DNA of 64,000 bases from Neoechinorhynchus agilis (GCA_051530055.1 CM121342.1:6740864-6804863), one strand, 5' to 3'. Positions 47,896 to 60,828 are shown, counted from the first letter of the stretch. Notes: a model not told the origin generated them from the letters alone. Numbers and translations are program-made.

Positions 47896-47974
47896 ACTTA
47901 AAATAAATTCCGGATTTCGATTATTTGTGCCAAAAGGATTTTTGAATGCCAGACAAAAATTAACTTCATTGAAC

Positions 47975-48145
47975 GAGAATGCAATCGATGAAAAGTCGTT
48001 GTTAGTCGAATCCGATACCGTCGAAATGATCTTTACTATTTTAATTCCTGTGCGATTATCGAAGGCTTTTTGGATGCAAAAACAAGTTCAGCAGTAAAAA
48101 AAGCGGTGTCACCAACAGGAGATCTTAAATGTTCTCCAATTAAGC
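47975..48145 (+). pseudogene. Short zinc-finger gene fragment (finger 5 region)
   Basis: Matches 38860-39045. Confidence 0.75.
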
Positions 48146-48830
48146 AACGGCAAACATTCCATAGAAGGCCCTCCAACTATCTCTTCTTATCATGTAGATT
48201 GGATAGTCCTTCCCTTTTGAACATGCTCCAAAGAAGTTCAAGTTCCTCGGTGAGGAAATCTTGGTTGGAGCAATCCTGGCCATTTTATACTTAGTGGTTA
48301 TCATTGTGATGAATGAAGGGCAATTTCAGTTGGTATACACAGTGGTTGCAAACTCGGCTCCTTGTAGAGTAATCAAAACGTAAAAAAGGGGATCGTATTG
48401 TCATTCGCCGAATGGACGATCAATTGAATGTTGCTGTGCTTTGAATTAGACATGAGACAGAACTTTTCCGTCTCTATGGACTTTTCGATTAAGATAAAAG
48501 TATTATCAACGTATCTCTGCCAGAATTTGGCATACTGTGGTAGGCTGGAAACTTACTTAGCCTCCCAATCGCGCAGGACAATCCATCTACTTGATCATAG
48601 CTTTTTGCCTTCGAAGTTGAAATTCGTGTTCCTCGCGCATGCGTTGAAGTATAGGAATCGCAAGAATGATCGCTGAGTCCAATGGCACCTTTGTGAATGG
48701 GGTCTTGACATTAACAAAAACCATTCTATATTCTTCATTTTACGTGTGCCTTCAATCCCGCAAATTATTCCTCATATCCACCGGGGTCGTCCAACTTCAT
48801 GATACTTTAATTCTTAATTTGATTAAGATC
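48146..48830 (-). mobile_element. Penelope-like element RT remnant
   Basis: Minus-strand pieces MVFVNVKTPFTKVPLDSAI (cf. MVSFDVxSLFTNVP), FNFEG..YDQVDG, WQRYVDNTF, SKHSNIQL..NDNTIPL..ATTVY and CSNQDFLTEELELLWSMFKREG. Confidence 0.8.
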
Positions 48831-49609
48831 ATTCATCGTTAAAATCAGTCGTTGAATTAGGTTAGTTTGTTTTTTCCTTTTTCTTTTATTTACTTATGTT
48901 TCCACTTTCCATAGCGGAATTCATAATTGAGCAGCTCCATAATATTAAGTATTAATACAATCCGTGAGTGATTGAACACTGAACCACTTGAAATGCTTGC
49001 ATCAAAGTAATATCCCTTAGTGCTACTAATTTCCCACAATGCTGTTTACGTGTTATCAACTCTTCTTGATTTCAAATTGTCATCGATGAATTATTGGAGG
49101 ATTAGAGTCCTGTGTAGAACTAGCACAATCGATCCTCTATTTGTCATTTGTTGTTGAAGTTGAATCAAAAATGCCACCAATGTGATTCCTCTGTTTACTC
49201 GATTCATTAAGTGCATTAAGGTGGAGATTATCCAATATGCGGCTCGTGCTATTTTTAGTGCACTGGACTCCATCCCTTTAAGTTCAAACAAGCAGAGTCG
49301 CCATAAATCTAATACATATGTTTGAAAATTGAACTGCACTCCTTTTAAGGTTAAGCTTGAAGTCTGCCTTATTCTTTATACTATCTCAATCGTGAAGCTT
49401 CGGTATTCTGGATTGAATGCGATACCTTTTATAGATGTTATTACTACCAACTCTACATTCTGAAATTAGTAAAGTGTGTGGGTGGAAATCATCGATGAGT
49501 TGCCCTAAAGTCCAATTTCAATAATGAACGATTGATTTTTGTGCAAACAACGATCATCACAATCAAACCAAAACAAAGAGTCTACTAATATATTAAACTA
49601 AATATCGTA

Positions 49610-51682
49610 TCAATCCTTCTCAGATTGTTTCTCGGAACGATCTTTCTCAGCCTGAACTTCTGCACTTATCCGCGCGGCAGATATTAACATTGAGTTCAAT
49701 GTAGGCGTCCAATTCATCGATGGAACATTCGATGTCAGTTTATTGCTCTGCTGGATTAATTCGCTTTGGGCCGACGATAAATTTATTAATCTGCCGAGGG
49801 TTTGTAGTGCTTCTTCTAAGAAGGGCGATAGTTTCAAAGGTTCAGTTGCACTTCGGTTTAAAGTGCTCGATTCTGGCATTCTGGTTTTCCGTGATTTTGT
49901 TCGTGGTTGTTGCTCAATTTGGTCTAACGGCACTCCGCGCTTTAAAGATTTTTGCCCTTGCTTAATTGAAGAACATTTGAGATCTCCTGTTCGCATCGCC
50001 GCGTTTTTAGTTTCAACGGCTGAATTTGTTTTTGCATCCAAAAAACCTTCGATGATCGCACAGGAATTACAATAGTAAAGATCATTTCGACGGTATCTGA
50101 TTAGACTTACAACAACTTTGCATCGATTGCATTGACGTTGAACTTTTGCTCGTTTCGCCCGCGTAGAACTTGTTTCCGGGTGCTTGCGTTTTGTCGGTTC
50201 AATGGTTCTTTTGCTGAACGCTTCGTTGAAATTATCTTCATTCTGGTTTTGACGTTGCTCGATGGCAATATTCGTTTGGTCTTTTGGAATACTGGCTTCT
50301 ATGCATTTCTCACAAAGACAGAGTCCATAATAATCAAACAATTTAGAAATTTCACTCATTCCACATTTAATGCAACATCGAATATCGCCAGTGTCTCCAG
50401 TCTTGCCTTCTAATTCTGGGTTCTGATTGGTTTGACTGTTTAAGGAAAGGTAATGTGACAATTTTACTGCTTCTTCTTTACATTCGAGTTCATCTTCTTG
50501 ATTATTTTTATGTTGAATTTTACTCGCTTGCTTGTTTGAAGAAGTACATTCCTGACATGTGAAAGATCCTTTCGATGAATACAAAATTGAATTATCGTTT
50601 GAACCGCATTTGTTGCAACATTTGAAAATTGTTGAATTTTTTTTGTTCGATCCAGTGGACCGTTTGTTCGCTTTTACACCGAGATCGATATTGGAAACTG
50701 CGCAGATAGATTCTGTTTGTAGCTGAGATGTATTTTCGTTCGGATTAACGGTACTCGCTTGAGAGCTACTCAAGATTCCTGTAAGCCGAGTTGCTGATTG
50801 CGGGGCACAACCTTTACACAGAATAAGTTGATAACAGGAATACCATTCAGAACTTCTCCCTCTTCCACATCGTCGGCAACAAATATCTGAAGTATTCGCT
50901 GAACTATCCGAGAGATTGGGAACGCTTTGGACACGAGGAGGTTCTAATGGAAGTTTCTGATTTTTATTTTCATTGCTTCCTTTTTTCGGCGATGTGAGAG
51001 TCAATTGTGCACATTTGCAACAAAGAACTATTTCTTTAGTATAAAACCAGGATACGCTCTTCTTGGCTCGGCAATTTTTACAGGACTTTCCATTTTTACT
51101 TTTGAGAAGTTTGACAGGATAAGATGCGGATTTCCTCTTTGCCGCCAAAGATTTATTTACCATCTCAAGACCAATTACACCCGCATTGTCATAATTTGCG
51201 ATATCTTTGGCAATAATCGCATCGATTTGACCAACCAAAAAAGGCCATTTCGCAATATTTGCAGATTGATCTTTTTCTATTTTGTTCATAGTTCGAAATG
51301 GTTTAATTTGTTCTGGTACAGAGGTCGCGGTGGAATGTTCATTTAATTCGATCTGTTCGTACACAATCCCGAGTTGACGTATTGTTGAAATTAACGAATT
51401 AATTCTCGAATGGACTTGTATCAAACTCTTTGCTGCTTCGTTTATAGTAGGTCCAGTTATTGAGAAGGTTTCGTTAGTTTCTTTAAGTTTAACGTCCTGC
51501 AATCCCTGACGAGATATTTCTACCCCGTGATCCACTTTTGGTTCACTGCCATGGCCGTCAATAATTGTGGGATTTGTTGGATCAATTTGTTCAGTTGGTG
51601 GCCTTTCTCGCTCTGCGTTCTCAAGTTCGTTGTCCACTTGAGCGAGAATTTCTTGAAGAATTTCAACAATCCCGGGATTCAT
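49610..51682 (-). CDS. Intact ~690 aa protein with five dispersed CX2C-X16-CX2C (GATA-like) fingers and helical termini
   Basis: ORF 49610..51829, first ATG at 51682. The fingers are CKNC..CCKC, CRRC..CKGC, CNKC..CQEC, CIKC..CEKC and CNRC..CNSC, each with a 16-residue spacer. Confidence 0.85.
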   Translation of the reverse strand: MNPGIVEILQEILAQVDNELENAERERPPTEQIDPTNPTIIDGHGSEPKVDHGVEISRQGLQDVKLKETNETFSITGPTINEAAKSLIQVHSRINSLISTIRQLGIVYEQIELNEHSTATSVPEQIKPFRTMNKIEKDQSANIAKWPFLVGQIDAIIAKDIANYDNAGVIGLEMVNKSLAAKRKSASYPVKLLKSKNGKSCKNCRAKKSVSWFYTKEIVLCCKCAQLTLTSPKKGSNENKNQKLPLEPPRVQSVPNLSDSSANTSDICCRRCGRGRSSEWYSCYQLILCKGCAPQSATRLTGILSSSQASTVNPNENTSQLQTESICAVSNIDLGVKANKRSTGSNKKNSTIFKCCNKCGSNDNSILYSSKGSFTCQECTSSNKQASKIQHKNNQEDELECKEEAVKLSHYLSLNSQTNQNPELEGKTGDTGDIRCCIKCGMSEISKLFDYYGLCLCEKCIEASIPKDQTNIAIEQRQNQNEDNFNEAFSKRTIEPTKRKHPETSSTRAKRAKVQRQCNRCKVVVSLIRYRRNDLYYCNSCAIIEGFLDAKTNSAVETKNAAMRTGDLKCSSIKQGQKSLKRGVPLDQIEQQPRTKSRKTRMPESSTLNRSATEPLKLSPFLEEALQTLGRLINLSSAQSELIQQSNKLTSNVPSMNWTPTLNSMLISAARISAEVQAEKDRSEKQSEKD

Positions 51683-52620
51683 TGTATGCTTTGCAGTTCT
51701 GAATATTGACTTAATAGATATTTCCGTGGAGGATTGGAGAATTTTGAGATGCTCGTAGCAATACTCGTTAGCAATTGCAGATAGTAATGGATACGCTTTT
51801 TTCTTTTCGCCAAAACTCAAACATAACAAATAAGGATTTTTTGCTTATTTATTGATGACTATTTGCTGTAATTTCTCGATTATTGTATAGTTTTACGAAT
51901 CACTTGTTGATTATCACCGCTGCTTACATTTGAGAGAAATTATGTAAACCGTCGATCGTGTTTCCGATTCGGTTCTTTTCGCGATCATCATTTGATTATC
52001 AACAAAACTTAAATCGACGACACTTTGTGTAAGCCCAATAATGGTTTAATTGCATAGTTGATAAAATTTTCGTAGGGCGATTTCATTTGAAAAACAATAC
52101 TTAATTTCCATTCATTGCATCCACATTAATTTTTTCATACGAGAACGCCACTTTACGAGTATTTTTATTCTGATTTTCTTGTCGACATTATCAACATCAC
52201 TGTTTAATAAACAAACGAATTTTCTTCATCAGGTCTCTAGGTTTTTCGAAAAAAAAGCCTATTACGATTAATTGATTTCTATTTTTGAAGACTGGTCAGC
52301 GGGAAATTTTTCTTTATCTATGTTCGGCCTTTTTCACGGCTGATAATTTTCCTTGGGCCCACAGCCCACTGATCTGGTTCACGGAGGCGCATAAAATCAC
52401 ATAGTACCCGGATTTTCAGTGACCAATTTTAAAACCGTGAATTATTTTTTATAAAGAAATAAATAATCTTATGTTTTATTTCTGCTTATCTTTGTGCACT
52501 CAGCTACCACTTTTAAACTTGAAATAGTCCAAAAATTAAAATAAGAGCCGAAAATGTTGATTAAGCACTATGGTAACTCTAAATGTTTTGAAAGCTTTGA
52601 AGCTGTTTTTGGAAGTAACA

Positions 52621-53841
52621 ATGCCGCTAAAAAGAAGAAATAGAAGAAAAAATGCCAGGATCAACACTAAGACAAAAATAATAAAATCTCCTTCGCGAAA
52701 ACTTGTACGATGTCGCTTTTATAGATAAAGAGTTCAGAAAGTAAAATGCTTTCCTATAGGTTGAAAATCAGATCGTTAAACTAAAAACTTAATTGGCTGC
52801 TGTAAATAAAGAGGGAAAATATTACAAACTGCGTGTTCGGGACGCCGAACGAGTTATTGGCGAACTAAGCGAACGATATTCAAAGCCATCATCTCATATT
52901 AATATGCAACCAACATTAGAAGTTATTTCGTTTAAAAAGTTTAAATACCAGTAAATTCGGAAATTTATAGGCCATTGCGAAGCATTTTAAAAAATTGCAA
53001 GTTTCCTGAAAGGACGAATTAGAAGAGACTGAAAATAAGAGACGGGAACTGTTGAGTAATGTGATTTGCTGTGACCAGCGAGTTTGGAACGATGTTCTAA
53101 AACAACGACTGATAACAATAACCAGTGAGATCGAGAAGCGGCAGATGATGATGAGAGATCTTCGAGAAGCCGATCCGTTGTTGTTAAATTATTTTATGAG
53201 AATTGATCTGACGAACAGATTCATCGCTTTTTTAGTTTTTTCTTCTACTTTAAGATCTTTCTAATTTCTGGAAATTTCCTGTGCGATTCTTTTAAAAAAT
53301 CAACGTTTTAATGCAATGTTCTTCACGTGGATTGTTTTTAAGAATTTTTATATCTTTTAGGAAAATGAAGCTGTAATCGCTGAGATATACTCACGAATCC
53401 CGCAGGTCTTTGAAGAAGCTCGTTCTCAAGCCGATAATATCTGTGAAGGTCATAAAAAACGGATAGAAGCAATCGGGGATTTATTAGTTGCTCTCGTTCA
53501 AAATATTTTCAGCGATTTAAACGAAGATAAAAAGCAAGCAGCAATGTCATCAATTGAGAGATCAGCCGAAATCCGGAATAAAATATCAAGCTTGAAAACT
53601 AAGCAACAAACTAATATGGAAGTTTGTGGATTGCTTTTTCATTCTATTGGATTACAATTCGATTCGTGATGTTTAGGTTCATGTTGAACAAATGAGCAAA
53701 ACATTACGAACTAAACGAATTGAAGCACGTAGTTTGGAAGTATCAAATGAACGCACGAAGGAGTTGATACGTTCATTAACAAGCGATTTTGAGAACGAGC
53801 AGTCAATCTTGACACTGTCTCACGATAATGCGGTGCTTTGA
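52621..53841 (+). pseudogene. Multi-exon coiled-coil protein gene, divergent from the zinc-finger gene; one in-frame TGA suggests damage
   Basis: Exon 53361-53621 (87 open codons) splices in frame over a 55-nt GT-AG intron (53622-53676) to 53677-53841 ending TGA. An upstream exon reads AIAKHFKKLQVS*KDELEE. The 5' exons are tentative. Confidence 0.55.
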
Positions 53842-54189
53842 GGTCTTGTCAGTCTCGATTAAAGTAGTAATGACATTTAAACAATTGGAGAACACTAAGA
53901 TTAATTTTTAAAATTACACATCACGTAAAATTAAGATAGAAACATTTTATCATTTCTTTTCGCAATCTTTCTATTTTTTCTAAATAATGCTAGAAGCTGT
54001 GCTTTTTATTTTGATTAGTATTTTACAATTATCACATTTGGTTTCCCTTTCCACCATTGAATTCCAATAAATTTGGATCTAAATATTTCTGGACGTGATC
54101 ATTTTTAAAGTAAAACTCAATTAATTCCCCAGTCGTATTTTTCGAGAAATATCGGCAGCTTTTCGGTACCCAAACCCCAGGACGACACA

Positions 54190-55600
54190 GGTAAGGACTC
54201 GTCCTACAATTGAGTATTTAAAATCTTCTCGCGAGAGACTTTCACTGCCTCGTCTAATTTTGCCAGCTTATTCCTATGTCCAAAAAAAGATGCTGTGTGC
54301 AACTTATATATCAATTTCGGAGCAAAGATGGTGTTCTTGATCAGGAACAGGGCCTTTTTGTGAAGATAATTCACCAATCCGTTCGCACAGCACCGAAAGT
54401 TGCGGTTGAAGATTGGCAATCTCTGCTTCGACATTTGAACCAAAAATGCAGGGTCCTAGAAGACAACCGCCTGGAGTGATCAATTCTACCCCGAGGGGCA
54501 CGGTTCTGAAGATCGTTCACGATAGTTTGCCTCGTCGAACCACGTTCATCACTAAAATCTCGCATTTCGCAGCATTCGATTCAATGGAAAATTTTCGCCA
54601 TCTCGTTCAAAAGTGTCTCCAAATCGTGCAGTACTGCAGACGGATTACCTCCGAGCGTGGGATCATCCAGGCACCAGCCGTTAAAGCTGGCTGGAGATGG
54701 GTCGTCGACGGGATTGACTGCGAGTGAGAAGGTTATTGAGCCCAAAGGATCCCCTTGTTTAACTCCTCTTTCTGACCACAAAACGTCGTTATTGAACAAC
54801 AAAGGATTTGAAGTCCCGTGGCCATTAACGAAATAGCGAATGCTTCTGATGCGTGATCTCTAACCACTTTGAGAAAATCTGCTCGGTAAACTGTGTTGAA
54901 TGCATTTTTGAAATAAAATTTCAAGATAACGCAGAGCTTTGAGTTTCTGGCGATGAACTTGGGGAGTGAATGAACAATCGCCTCTGCACCACAAACTGTT
55001 CAACAATCTAACTCAATGGGACGAAGCAGCATCCCTATTTTTTCCGCGATATTTTTATTTAAAATTTTTGCTGTTAAGCGGCGCAGATTTGTTCCAATTG
55101 CAATGGAACGAATCCCACCTTCCTTTTTGCGAGGGCACACAAAGATGCGCCGAAAAATAACTCAATTGCTTTCGGAATCAAGTCTCACCATGCAAATTGA
55201 CCGAATAAGCATTCCAGTGCAATTTCAAGGAACTGAGCAGCGTCACATACTGAAAAGGAAGTCATATCCTTTAGGTATTTTGGCCGTTACTCGTCTAGCC
55301 CGGGAGCTGATCTGTTAGCAAAAGAAGATATTAACATCTTCACTTCTGATTTCGATGATAAAATATAAGGGATCTTATCGAATAAGGAGGATTTAATGAA
55401 AAACTACCGTCCGCCGACAATCGGAAGTTTGGAACGAAGAGTTTGTTAGGTTTATTCGTTATCTTTGGCGAGACTATCGATTGAAAATAAAAGACGAACT
55501 GCTCCTCTGACATCTCCGCCTGCGAGCTTCGAAGAAACGCGTCCAGCAAGCGACCGATTTGAGTGTCGGCGATGGTAACGCTCCTGGACACACTCCTTTT
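54190..55600 (-). mobile_element. CRE subfamily B decayed copy, inverted counterpart of 6270-7620
   Basis: ERGVKQGDPLGS and KKALFLIKNTIFAPKL; nucleotide match to 6270-7620. Confidence 0.88.
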
Positions 55601-55932
55601 ATTTTAATTACATAAAAATCGGATATGTTAAAAGTGTAAATTTTATGTTGAATAGATTCGAAAAACCTGAGATAAATCGTTTTATTGTATTTTTAGAGGG
55701 TAACGGAATTACTGAATTTTTAATCCAAAATTTTGCGCGATTTTTGTGTATAAGAAATTAACGGATTTATCGTCGGCCCAAAACCATACGGAGGCGTCCT
55801 CTACCAAGACCGCACAACAAAATATCTTCTTTACTAACCAAAAACTTAAATTTTGGTTTACTAAAAGTCTCTCAAGTGGTGAATGTGGAAGTTAAATTTG
55901 AACTTTTCTCAGCGCACCGGTGAAAAAAAGTA

Positions 55933-57156
55933 ATGTATTACTCATACATTCATTCTTTAGGTATTTCAAGCCAACGTTTACTCATGCAAATGTATAAATG
56001 TACACGAGTTATCTCGATTTTTCGTCGTCGTTCAACCGCAATGCTCTTTGTGCTTCCCTTTAATATTATATTATTGGTCATTCCACTAAGTCTTGTTTCA
56101 ATGGAACAGCATGGAATAGAACCGAAGTGCAAGATAACGCACTCCGATCCGATTTCAGCCTTTGGAATAAGATGTTACGAAAATGATGCTGTTGGGAGAA
56201 TGGAATCGATTATTAATTTATTACGATCTGCTCAACGAAATCAAGAAAATTTTGTATTTAATAATGTCGATATTAAAGATATTCCGCAATATTTTGTTTT
56301 GTTATTTCCCCAAGTCGTAAAGGTAACTATCCTTCATGAATCGGAACAATCATACAGATCGTCAGTACTGAGCAATTCTTTACTTTATAAACTCAAACGT
56401 GTAAAAGAGTTAAATATAAAGAGAGCTGGAATTGTTAAGATTCAAGAGGACGCTTTTAAAGAATTTATGAGTCTTGTTCGACTAAGTTTGAGTTTCAACA
56501 GTATATCAATAATTCCTGCCCAACTCCCACGGCAATTATCGCTATTGGAAATACTTCGTTTATCGAACAATATGCTAACAAGTGAAAGTATAAATGTTAT
56601 TAGCCAACTAAGATACCTGAAACTATTGGATTTAAGTTATAATTTGATTGATCATTTAGCTGCGCCGAACTCAGGCTATTTTTACTATCTTGAGGAATTG
56701 TACATAGCTGGTAATCCAATTAAATCCGTATACAAAATGGAATCGTTTAAAAATCTTCGTTATCTCCATATTACCTATCTTGCAAATGCCACCGATTTAT
56801 TTAGTCGTAAAGACCAATATTCCAAACTATATGAATTTATCTTTACAAATGGATCGGCTAAAGCGTTTGACATTAATATGTTAGCTCCAGCACCTCGACT
56901 TGAAAATCTTGAGATTACTAGAAATCAATTAGAATCGATTCCTGCTGGAAACCAACAAACGAAGGAAAATATAAAGAAATTTTCGTTAGCGTATAATCAA
57001 GTAACATTCATCCACGAAAATGATTTCGACGACTGGACAAGTCTTACAAAACTCCATCTTCCGCACAACATAATTAAGGGCTTCCACAAAAACGCATTTT
57101 CAAAGTTAAGGAGCCTAAGAGATATTTGTCTTGATTATAATCAAATAAAGACGATA
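55933..57156 (+). pseudogene. LRR paralog 3, truncated at ...YNQIKTI by cassette copy 4
   Basis: Matches the first ~60% of the other LRR genes; homology ends at 57155. Confidence 0.88.
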
Positions 57157-57913
57157 TGAACAACAATTCTATTGGCTAATCGAACAACCGGTACGTCAGA
57201 GAAATCGTTTTCTAATCTACTTCGATTCGCGAATATTCTGGAATTTTTAGTCTTTATCCATTAGCGTGACTTCATAATATTTTAGCGTTTATCATTTAAA
57301 ACACCGAATAGTTTCATAGTACAACCAGGATTTTAGAACTTTTTTATTTACACCACTATTACGTAATTTATAGTCAACTAGTTTAGATTTTTTTAATCTT
57401 CGATTATTTTCGTCTTATTGTGGTGGCAATCGTTGTCACTGAACAAAATATCACCGGAAGTAAACGTATACATTACTGTTATTGCAATCAACGGATATCG
57501 TCGAGAATAGATGGAATACGGACTCTAAAACTGCTCAAACTTAAATCTATCGATAAAACTACGCCGTTATTAAAACATCACCGCTACAATCAATAATCTT
57601 GCAATCACTTCTCCTACAACCGATATTAAACATTGAATTTTAGCGTTACAAATCAATGTGTATTTGATGTCCACCTTCATTCGGTCCAGCCCTGAAGATG
57701 CTGAATACTTTTGTGTCGCAAAATTAACTATTTTGATAACTGCTGAATAAGTGGAAAACGTTTCAGTAAATACTGAATTGCGTAAATAATTTCACTGCAA
57801 ACAATACGATCAAATTGATAATTTTTTATTCTTAGATAATTTTTATCGGTTTAATTGTCATATTTGAATGCTACTTCTTTATAGTTTCAACCATTTAGGC
57901 CTCATTTCGACAC

Positions 57914-58671
57914 ATGATGCAAGTTATCTATTCGAATGAATTATTCGCCGGGGCATGTCTCACAAGCGGGTTTCATCGAATTTTCACAGCTCCGATTGTG
58001 AATATTTATCCATGGGTCGTTAAAAGGCCTCGTTACATCTCCGCATTAATTGATTTTGCAGAGAGATTAAATGCGGACGGTCTTATTTCTGGAAAGGTAA
58101 TTCAGATTTCACTTGCCAATAATTCGATCCTAACGAATACAGACTTTCTTTGCAAGTGCACTCAAGGCTCCAATGCGTGTATCGGCTCTAGCAAACTCGT
58201 TGTGTCATCTAAATTGCAAAGGCAGAAATGAAGCCAATAGAGAAATGAAAAAATTGGTTGCAATGTTTCGAGATAGGATAATCCGAGGACAGCAAGAAAG
58301 GCGAGAACGATCACTAATCACTGTTCAAGTATTTGGACAAAAACCTAGTAGTCATTTTATAATAGAAGCTGTCGATTTGGAATAATTGAACGGTGGACAA
58401 GGATTTGCTTCTTATATCCGAAGCATGGGAATGCGTCGGCGATATGATTGCATCGTCTAATGATCAAGGTGATTGTCAAAGCTACAAGCAACTGGTTGTT
58501 GAAGGTGCCAAATTTTGTCGAGAACGTCATCCTCCAACGGTTGTTTCAAAGTCTCATCCGAAAGTCGACACATCACTGGATTATAAGTCGTGTTCATTGT
58601 GCTCGTTTAAGTTAAAGGAGGTGCCTCAAATCGTAAAATCTTTAAGAACGGGTGTTGTAGAATTTAAATGA
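57914..58671 (+). pseudogene. Gene X, copy 3 (intron 58097-58142) with a ~41-bp frameshifting deletion
   Basis: The segment encoding HCIGGACILRSPKH is missing at ~58382. Confidence 0.78.
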
Positions 58672-58837
58672 ATTAAAATGGAAATAACAAATTTTATTAG
58701 CAAAAATCTAATTATGAATTTATAAAATCAGAGATCACCACGCATATTGCGTACTTACAGTTAAAATTAATTTTTCTTTATTATAACATCATAATTCTAA
58801 AATCATTAAAAATCGAAAAGATTCCCCGGCTTACCTA

Positions 58838-59715
58838 GTGACCTCGGTATATCACAATCCTTGCCAACAAAGCGATTTAGACATCACAACCAATGCTCCT
58901 TTATGTTACATACCAACGAGTGTTCGTAAAACAATGAGTGATATTATTGAGTATGTTTGCCTCACTTCAGGATTCATAGAACTCGATCAAAAAACTATTG
59001 CACAAGAGCGTTCGAACGCTGTTGATGATCGAGCTGCAATTTCGATGGTCGCGAAAGCCAATTTTCACCCTAATGCTCAACTATCTCTGGAGGAACTCTA
59101 CAAAGAGGGTCATACTGCTCGTTGTCTTTTGGGCGTCCTTGAAGTAAACATCGACAATTTCCTACGGTGCATCTCCGATCAATCGTTCCTTCGAGTTGCC
59201 CAGCGCAAACTCTCCCCGCGTGCTTTGTTCTACCTCCGTGAAAAACTTCCATGTGATTCCTGGCCAATAACTTTGCGACAAAGCCAAGGTGCACGACTTC
59301 TAAGAAAAGAATCTTTAATTGCTTGCAATCAAGGTATCATTCGAAACTTATTAAATTCTGAGACTATAGATCAATTCACGTATTCTGTCCCCCCCGCGTT
59401 CTCGCGAAAAATATGATAACCTTGGACGAAGTATCCGTTGACGATACTGAGAACGAATGGCTTGCACTTTCACAGCTATTCAGGAAGTGCGTCGAGGCAA
59501 TGGGAATCTCGGAACTCGAGTATTCGCTTCATGTAAAACGTTTCCGCTTATTGTTCTCTCCTGCGTTCACGAGGATCCTGGATCCGAACTGCGATTCTAC
59601 AAGTGATCAAACGGCACTAATCGAGTTCTTTGAGATCATAAAGACGTCGGTTGTGGAGTCGATAGAGACAAGAAATATTGCAAGACCACTTAAACGAAAG
59701 GGAAGAAAATTATAA
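58838..59715 (+). pseudogene. Gene Y, copy 4, frameshift in a C7 run
   Basis: ORFs 58838..59416 and 59413..59715. Confidence 0.75.
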
Positions 59716-59849
59716 AAGTACAAATGGATGAGAATGAGTAATTAGAGCGAAATAAACGTATCCACCTAATAAATTAACAAGAAAATGTGGCTATATTTCA
59801 ATGTCCTGGATTGAATTCGGTGCCTTTCAGAGATTTTGTTGTTAACAAT

Positions 59850-60828
59850 ATTCGCTGTCGGACGAGGCCTGGCATCAAACGTCCTTGCCTGTGTCGTCCG
59901 GCGGTTTATTTATCCGATATACAGCCGATATTTCTCTGCCAGCTTATTTGGAATCGTATGAAGCAAACCGCAGAATAGTTCAGTCTTTTCTTGGCAAGAA
60001 TTACACCTTGGATGAAGATTTCGTGGAGGCGCTTAATCTTTGGTGTGGATATTTAGGCAGCGAGCAGGTACCCGTCAATGGCTGCAAACGATCAGTTTGG
60101 GACTCACCCATGATAGCGAGAATTAATAACTCTTTAATTTCAGATTCTCGTGACCTGGTGAATCGAACTCGATTGGCGGCAGTCTCTACAAGAGAACCGG
60201 ACACTTGTCTCAACGCTCTCATAATCGCTTCTGTTGGTACCCTTCACCGTTCGCCGAGACAGTAAGGATTGCAGTGACCCGCTGAGACTTGGGGCACCGA
60301 TGTGCACCTCCAATCGCTGCCGTTGTGGATCCTCCGTTGAGCCATGGGGACGCCATGGTCTCTCAGACGGCAATCAGACGGAAGGTACTCACGGCATGCC
60401 GAAATGAACGCAATTCTGAGTCGTGCCCTGATCCTGGAGCCGAGCAATCTTTGCCGACTCGATAGCCGTAGACCGGACGGTGTCAAAGTATTCCTATGGG
60501 GAAGGGAGGCAAATGCCTTCTCTGGGACGCCGTTCGCAGACAGCAACATAAAAAGCGCCACTATTAAACCCGAAAGGGGAGCAGCGTCGAAATCATTATT
60601 TTGTTCCTTTTGGTGTCGAGGCATTCGGATCGTTTGGTACCGCGGCGCAGGACCTGGTCAAGCAATTGCCAAGCAACGAGGGAACGCTGCATCCGTCCTT
60701 TCGACCGTTAAACCGGGACGGCAGCTGAGTGATCCAGAGGGGCGGTGGTGCAAATGATCTTATGACTATGATTTCGCGTATTTGTGCCAAAGGGATTTCT
60801 AGAATGTCAGGTAAAAATGAACTTCATT
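59850..60828 (+). mobile_element. CRE subfamily B 3' fragment inside the cassette
   Basis: Matches 30130-31117. Confidence 0.85.
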
